NCBI GenBank assembly: GCA_048213135.1
Contig: PS015009.1
Location: 868,001-932,000, forward strand
From: Reclinomonas americana ATCC 50394
Lineage: Eukaryota
Length of the DNA stretch: 64,000 bases
Direction: 5' to 3'
Part shown: piece by piece, positions 60,371 to 64,000 of the stretch
Numbering within the stretch: position 1 is the stretch's first letter
Layout: each line of letters begins with the position of its first letter
Notes under the pieces: model-generated
Seen by the model: the letters and a program-made list of their open reading frames with translations, nothing else
What the model was told of the DNA's origin: nothing
Database searches by the model: none
Program-made: the position numbers and the translations under genes

Positions 60371-61015
60371 CTACTGGCTGATATCGGTAATGATGTGATG
60401 GGCTATGGCATAGCGGGTGAGTTCGGAATTGGTGGTAAGTCCTATTTTATCCATGATGCGGCTGCGGTGTGTGCTTACCGTGGTCAGCGCCAGGCTGAGG
60501 ATATCGGCGATCTGGCTGATGGTTCTTCCCAGCGCCAGCAATTTAAATATTTCCAGTTCCCGGTTCGACAGGAGTTCGTGCGGATGCTTAACGGTATTTT
60601 CCTGGTCCATCAACCGTTCAGCGGTTTCGGGCGTGATGTATTTCTTTCCCATAGCAATCCTGTTCACCGCGGTGATGAGTTCTTCGGGTGCGGAATTCTT
60701 ATTCATGTAACCCGATGCGCCGGCCTTCAATACACGTACGGCGTATAATTCTTCGGGATAGATGCTGAGTATGAGCACGGGCAGTTCGGGCTTCATCAGC
60801 TTGATCTGTTCCAGTGCTTCCAGCCCGCTGCGGCCGGGCATATCCAGGTCGGAGATCACCAGGTCCCAGTCGCCAAATGTCACTTCCTTTACCAGCGACT
60901 CACCGTCGCTTACCTGTTTGATCTCCACCATGGGAAACTCATCCTGTAATAACTGAACCAGGCCCAGGCGGATGAAACCATGATCATCGGCCAGCAGTAT
61001 ACGTTGTATTCTCAT
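60371..61015 (-). CDS. NarL family response regulator
   Basis: LADDH, SDLDMPG, GASGYMNK, LSNRE, TVSTHRSRI. Confidence 0.95.
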   Translation of the reverse strand: MRIQRILLADDHGFIRLGLVQLLQDEFPMVEIKQVSDGESLVKEVTFGDWDLVISDLDMPGRSGLEALEQIKLMKPELPVLILSIYPEELYAVRVLKAGASGYMNKNSAPEELITAVNRIAMGKKYITPETAERLMDQENTVKHPHELLSNRELEIFKLLALGRTISQIADILSLALTTVSTHRSRIMDKIGLTTNSELTRYAIAHHIITDISQ

Positions 61016-64000
61016 CTTTATGTGATTGATCTGTATCAGCGGGTATACGTACACTGATGCGGGTGCCTGCACCGGGTGTACTCTGCAATTCGAATTCTCC
61101 TTTCAGCGACAGTACTCTTTCCTTCATGCCCAGTATACCGAATGAATTTTTGTTTTTTACCGATTCAATATCAAAACCTTTGCCATCGTCCTCAATCCGC
61201 AATATGGCATAGCCCATCGCGATCACCAAGGAGCTGTTCACTTTTTGGGCTTTCGCGTATTTCGTGATGTTGTTCAGCGCTTCCTGGTATACCCGGAAAA
61301 GACAGGTGGCCGCTGCTTCAGGCAGTTTGACCTGTGTTTCGGTAGTCACAAAATCAAGGGAGATGCCGGTATTGGTGCTGAACTGCCGTCCCTGCCAGCG
61401 GAGAGCCTCCAGCAATCCGTAGTCATCCAGTATCACGGGCCTGAGTTCGTTGAGTATCCTGCGAATAGACTGGTTGCCGCTGTCGAGCAGTTTCATGGTA
61501 TTACTCAGCTTGGCTTTCACCGGTTCGGCGTCATCGGGTATCCTTCTGTTGATCCAGGCAATGTCCATCTTAATGGCGGTAAGCTGCTGGCCCAGTTCGT
61601 CGTGTATTTCCCTGCCAATGCGTTTTCTTTCTTCCTCGCGGATATTCTGCAGGTGAGCGGTAAGCTGGCGAAGCTGTTCCGATGATTGTTTGATGATTTC
61701 CTGTGCTTCCACCCTTTCTGAAAAATCGAGCCCCACACCCATCAGGCATTTTCCTCCTTCATAATCGATGGCGATGCCGGTAAAGTAATAAGGAATCTTT
61801 TTACCCGCTTTGGTAAGGAAGCTTGCCTGTACATTATCTTCCCCGGCAACAAAAACATTACTGATCTTTTCGGTGAGCAGTTGTTTCTCATCTTCATCAA
61901 AAAAATCGAGCGGGTGCATGGTCGCGATCTCTTCATTGTTATAGCCCGATACCCGTTCAAAATTATCATTCCAGCGCAGGAAGCGGCCTTCGAGATCGTA
62001 CAGGTAAAAAATGCCGGGCAGGCTGTTCACGATGGATTCGGAAAGGTCTCTTTCTTTTACGATGTCATCCTGCGCTTTTATCAGATCCGTTACATCCTGC
62101 ACGGTTCCGGTGAGGTACAGGGGGTCGCCTTTCGCACTTCTTACCAGTTCGGCCATTTCGTGAGCGAAGAGTACAATATCGTCCCGTACAATGATGCGGT
62201 GAATAAAATCGAGTGCCCGCTTTCCGGTGAGCGCATCTTCCAGCGCTTTATTGAATACTTCCCGGTCTTCCGGATGAATGGCATTGAAAAATGCTTCGTA
62301 ATTACTGCTGAGTTGCTTGCGGTCCACATCGAATATGCGGTATATCTCATCCGACCAGGAAAGGCTGTTGTTCTTTACATCCAGTTCCCAGTGCCCCATC
62401 TTACCGATCTGCTGCGCCCGGCGGTATTTCTCTTCGTTATCTTTTATTTTGAGTTCCGCCGTTTTGCGCTGGGTAACATCATGGTAATTCATCACCACGC
62501 CATTCAGGTAAGGTTCCTGCAGCATATTACGGAAACTGCATTCCAGCCATTTGTAGTCGCCGTTGGGCAGGCGGTGGCGGTATTCAATGGTCACAATTTC
62601 CGAAGGATCGTTGATCAGGCGGTTAAAGGTTTGCAGCACCAGCTGCAGATCGTCGGGGTGTATCTTACCCAGGTGCACCTTGCCCAGCATTTCAGATTCA
62701 GGATAGCCTAGTATACGGGTGGCCGAAGGGCTCAGTTCGCGGAGCATACCATCGGCGCCAATAACGGCCAGCCCGTCGGTGCTGTTCTCTATCATAGCCC
62801 TGAACCGTTTCTCACTATTCACCACGCTTTCTTCTGCCTTCTTGCGCAGGCGTTCTTTTTCAATGACTTCCATTGCAAAGGACACGTCGCCGGTGGCTTC
62901 TTCCAGCAGGGCCAGTTCGGCGGAATCGAAGAAATTCTTTTCGGCCGCGAAAAAAGTGAATGCCCCGGTTACCTTACCGAATTTTTTTATGGGTAGCGAC
63001 ATGCACGCCTGGTAATCCCTGCTGAGGGCCTCTTTACGCCACTGTTCGGTAAAAGGCCCGTTCTCTATATCATTGCAGGTAAATACTTTTTCTTCATCAA
63101 CTGCCCGGTGCGCCGGCAGGTGCAGTGAGGCTTCCGCTTTAAGTACGATGGGGGTAATGGTATGCAGGAAGGCTTTTTCATCGCCGGCATACATTACCGG
63201 TTCCAGCTGGTTGTTTTTTTCATTGACCATACCTATCCACGCCATTTTAAAATTACCCTGCTCTACGGAAATGCGGCAGGCTTCTTTAAACAATACGTCT
63301 TCATTGGTTACCCGTACGATCATCTGGTTGATCTGGCTGATAAAAAAGTACAGGCGGTTGGCCTTGAGTATTTTTCTTTCCGCCCTTTTCTTTTCGGTAA
63401 TGTCCCTTATAAAAACGGAGATCCCTTCGGGTGATGGATATACATGATTCTCCTGCCAGAGATCAAGCGGCGGATAATAGTCTTCATTGTACAGGTACCG
63501 TTGCTCTGCGTAGGCCTTATGAAAAAGATGATAGGTGGCAGAGTTAACGGCTTCAGGAAATACTTCCCATACATTCTTCCCGATCAGCTCCTGCGGATCG
63601 CGGTGTATGAGTTCTCCCGCGCTTTTGTTGATATACGTGTAGTTCCAGTTTTTATCGAGTGCAATAAAACTGTCGGATATCCTTTCTACCAGCAACCGGT
63701 ATTTCTCCTCGCTGTTGCGAAGGTTGATCTCGGCTATCTTTTTTTGCGTGATCTCGCAGAAAAAAACCGACAGGCCATTAGGTGAAGGGTAGATGTGCAC
63801 TTCAAACCATTCGTGCATCGAAGGTGAATAGTCTTCCAGGTAAATATATTCCTGTGTTTCCATCGCTTTGTGGTAGGCATTGTAAAAATTTTGCCCGACA
63901 CTTTGCGGGAATTCCGTCCAGATATATTTCCCGGTCATCGTTTCCGGATCACGTTTCATGATCTCCCCGGCTTTCCTGTTCATATAGGTAATGCGCCAGG
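60984..64000 (-). CDS. Multi-PAS/GAF HisKA_3 histidine kinase (5'-partial)
   Basis: Several PAS domains (IHPDD, IHPED), a GAF domain, ERKRIGREIHDELGQ, QEALNNITKYA, DDGKGF. Confidence 0.95.
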   Translation of the reverse strand, partial: WRITYMNRKAGEIMKRDPETMTGKYIWTEFPQSVGQNFYNAYHKAMETQEYIYLEDYSPSMHEWFEVHIYPSPNGLSVFFCEITQKKIAEINLRNSEEKYRLLVERISDSFIALDKNWNYTYINKSAGELIHRDPQELIGKNVWEVFPEAVNSATYHLFHKAYAEQRYLYNEDYYPPLDLWQENHVYPSPEGISVFIRDITEKKRAERKILKANRLYFFISQINQMIVRVTNEDVLFKEACRISVEQGNFKMAWIGMVNEKNNQLEPVMYAGDEKAFLHTITPIVLKAEASLHLPAHRAVDEEKVFTCNDIENGPFTEQWRKEALSRDYQACMSLPIKKFGKVTGAFTFFAAEKNFFDSAELALLEEATGDVSFAMEVIEKERLRKKAEESVVNSEKRFRAMIENSTDGLAVIGADGMLRELSPSATRILGYPESEMLGKVHLGKIHPDDLQLVLQTFNRLINDPSEIVTIEYRHRLPNGDYKWLECSFRNMLQEPYLNGVVMNYHDVTQRKTAELKIKDNEEKYRRAQQIGKMGHWELDVKNNSLSWSDEIYRIFDVDRKQLSSNYEAFFNAIHPEDREVFNKALEDALTGKRALDFIHRIIVRDDIVLFAHEMAELVRSAKGDPLYLTGTVQDVTDLIKAQDDIVKERDLSESIVNSLPGIFYLYDLEGRFLRWNDNFERVSGYNNEEIATMHPLDFFDEDEKQLLTEKISNVFVAGEDNVQASFLTKAGKKIPYYFTGIAIDYEGGKCLMGVGLDFSERVEAQEIIKQSSEQLRQLTAHLQNIREEERKRIGREIHDELGQQLTAIKMDIAWINRRIPDDAEPVKAKLSNTMKLLDSGNQSIRRILNELRPVILDDYGLLEALRWQGRQFSTNTGISLDFVTTETQVKLPEAAATCLFRVYQEALNNITKYAKAQKVNSSLVIAMGYAILRIEDDGKGFDIESVKNKNSFGILGMKERVLSLKGEFELQSTPGAGTRISVRIPADTDQSHKDENTTYTAGR

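Overview
This is a 64 kb chromosomal window from a Bacteroidota organism, probably Chitinophagaceae-like. The evidence is TAnnTTTG-type promoters, a T9SS-type C-terminal domain, DUF6089/DUF6814/DUF6686-like proteins and A-rich start contexts. Most of it is housekeeping or envelope genes (ftsB-like, nth, 2-oxoacid oxidoreductase alpha, dacB, mutL, GH3/beta-lactamase fusion, acs, M16 peptidase, queA, kbl, lutB, purH, comEC), plus two ECF sigma/anti-sigma modules and a two-component cluster at the right end. No rRNA, tRNA, CRISPR array or canonical transposase was recognised. The most striking structure is a ~590 bp element at 19725-20314: a lone 100-aa GIY-YIG nuclease gene bracketed by inverted arrays of ~20-nt GTCATCCCGAG-type units that match unit by unit. 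Gene-less relatives of the unit occur at 16403-16466 and 35855-35948, each nested inside a second family of TA-ended ~120-150 bp inverted-repeat shells, and a third shell carries different cargo. Other leads are a probable ECF-promoter-driven small RNA (~54270-54420), a 29-aa ORF ahead of a sensor-less histidine kinase, a dioxygenase-like gene split at an A7 run, and a sigma-region-2-only ORF divergent from an HTH gene. All family assignments come from reading motifs by eye; no database searches were run.
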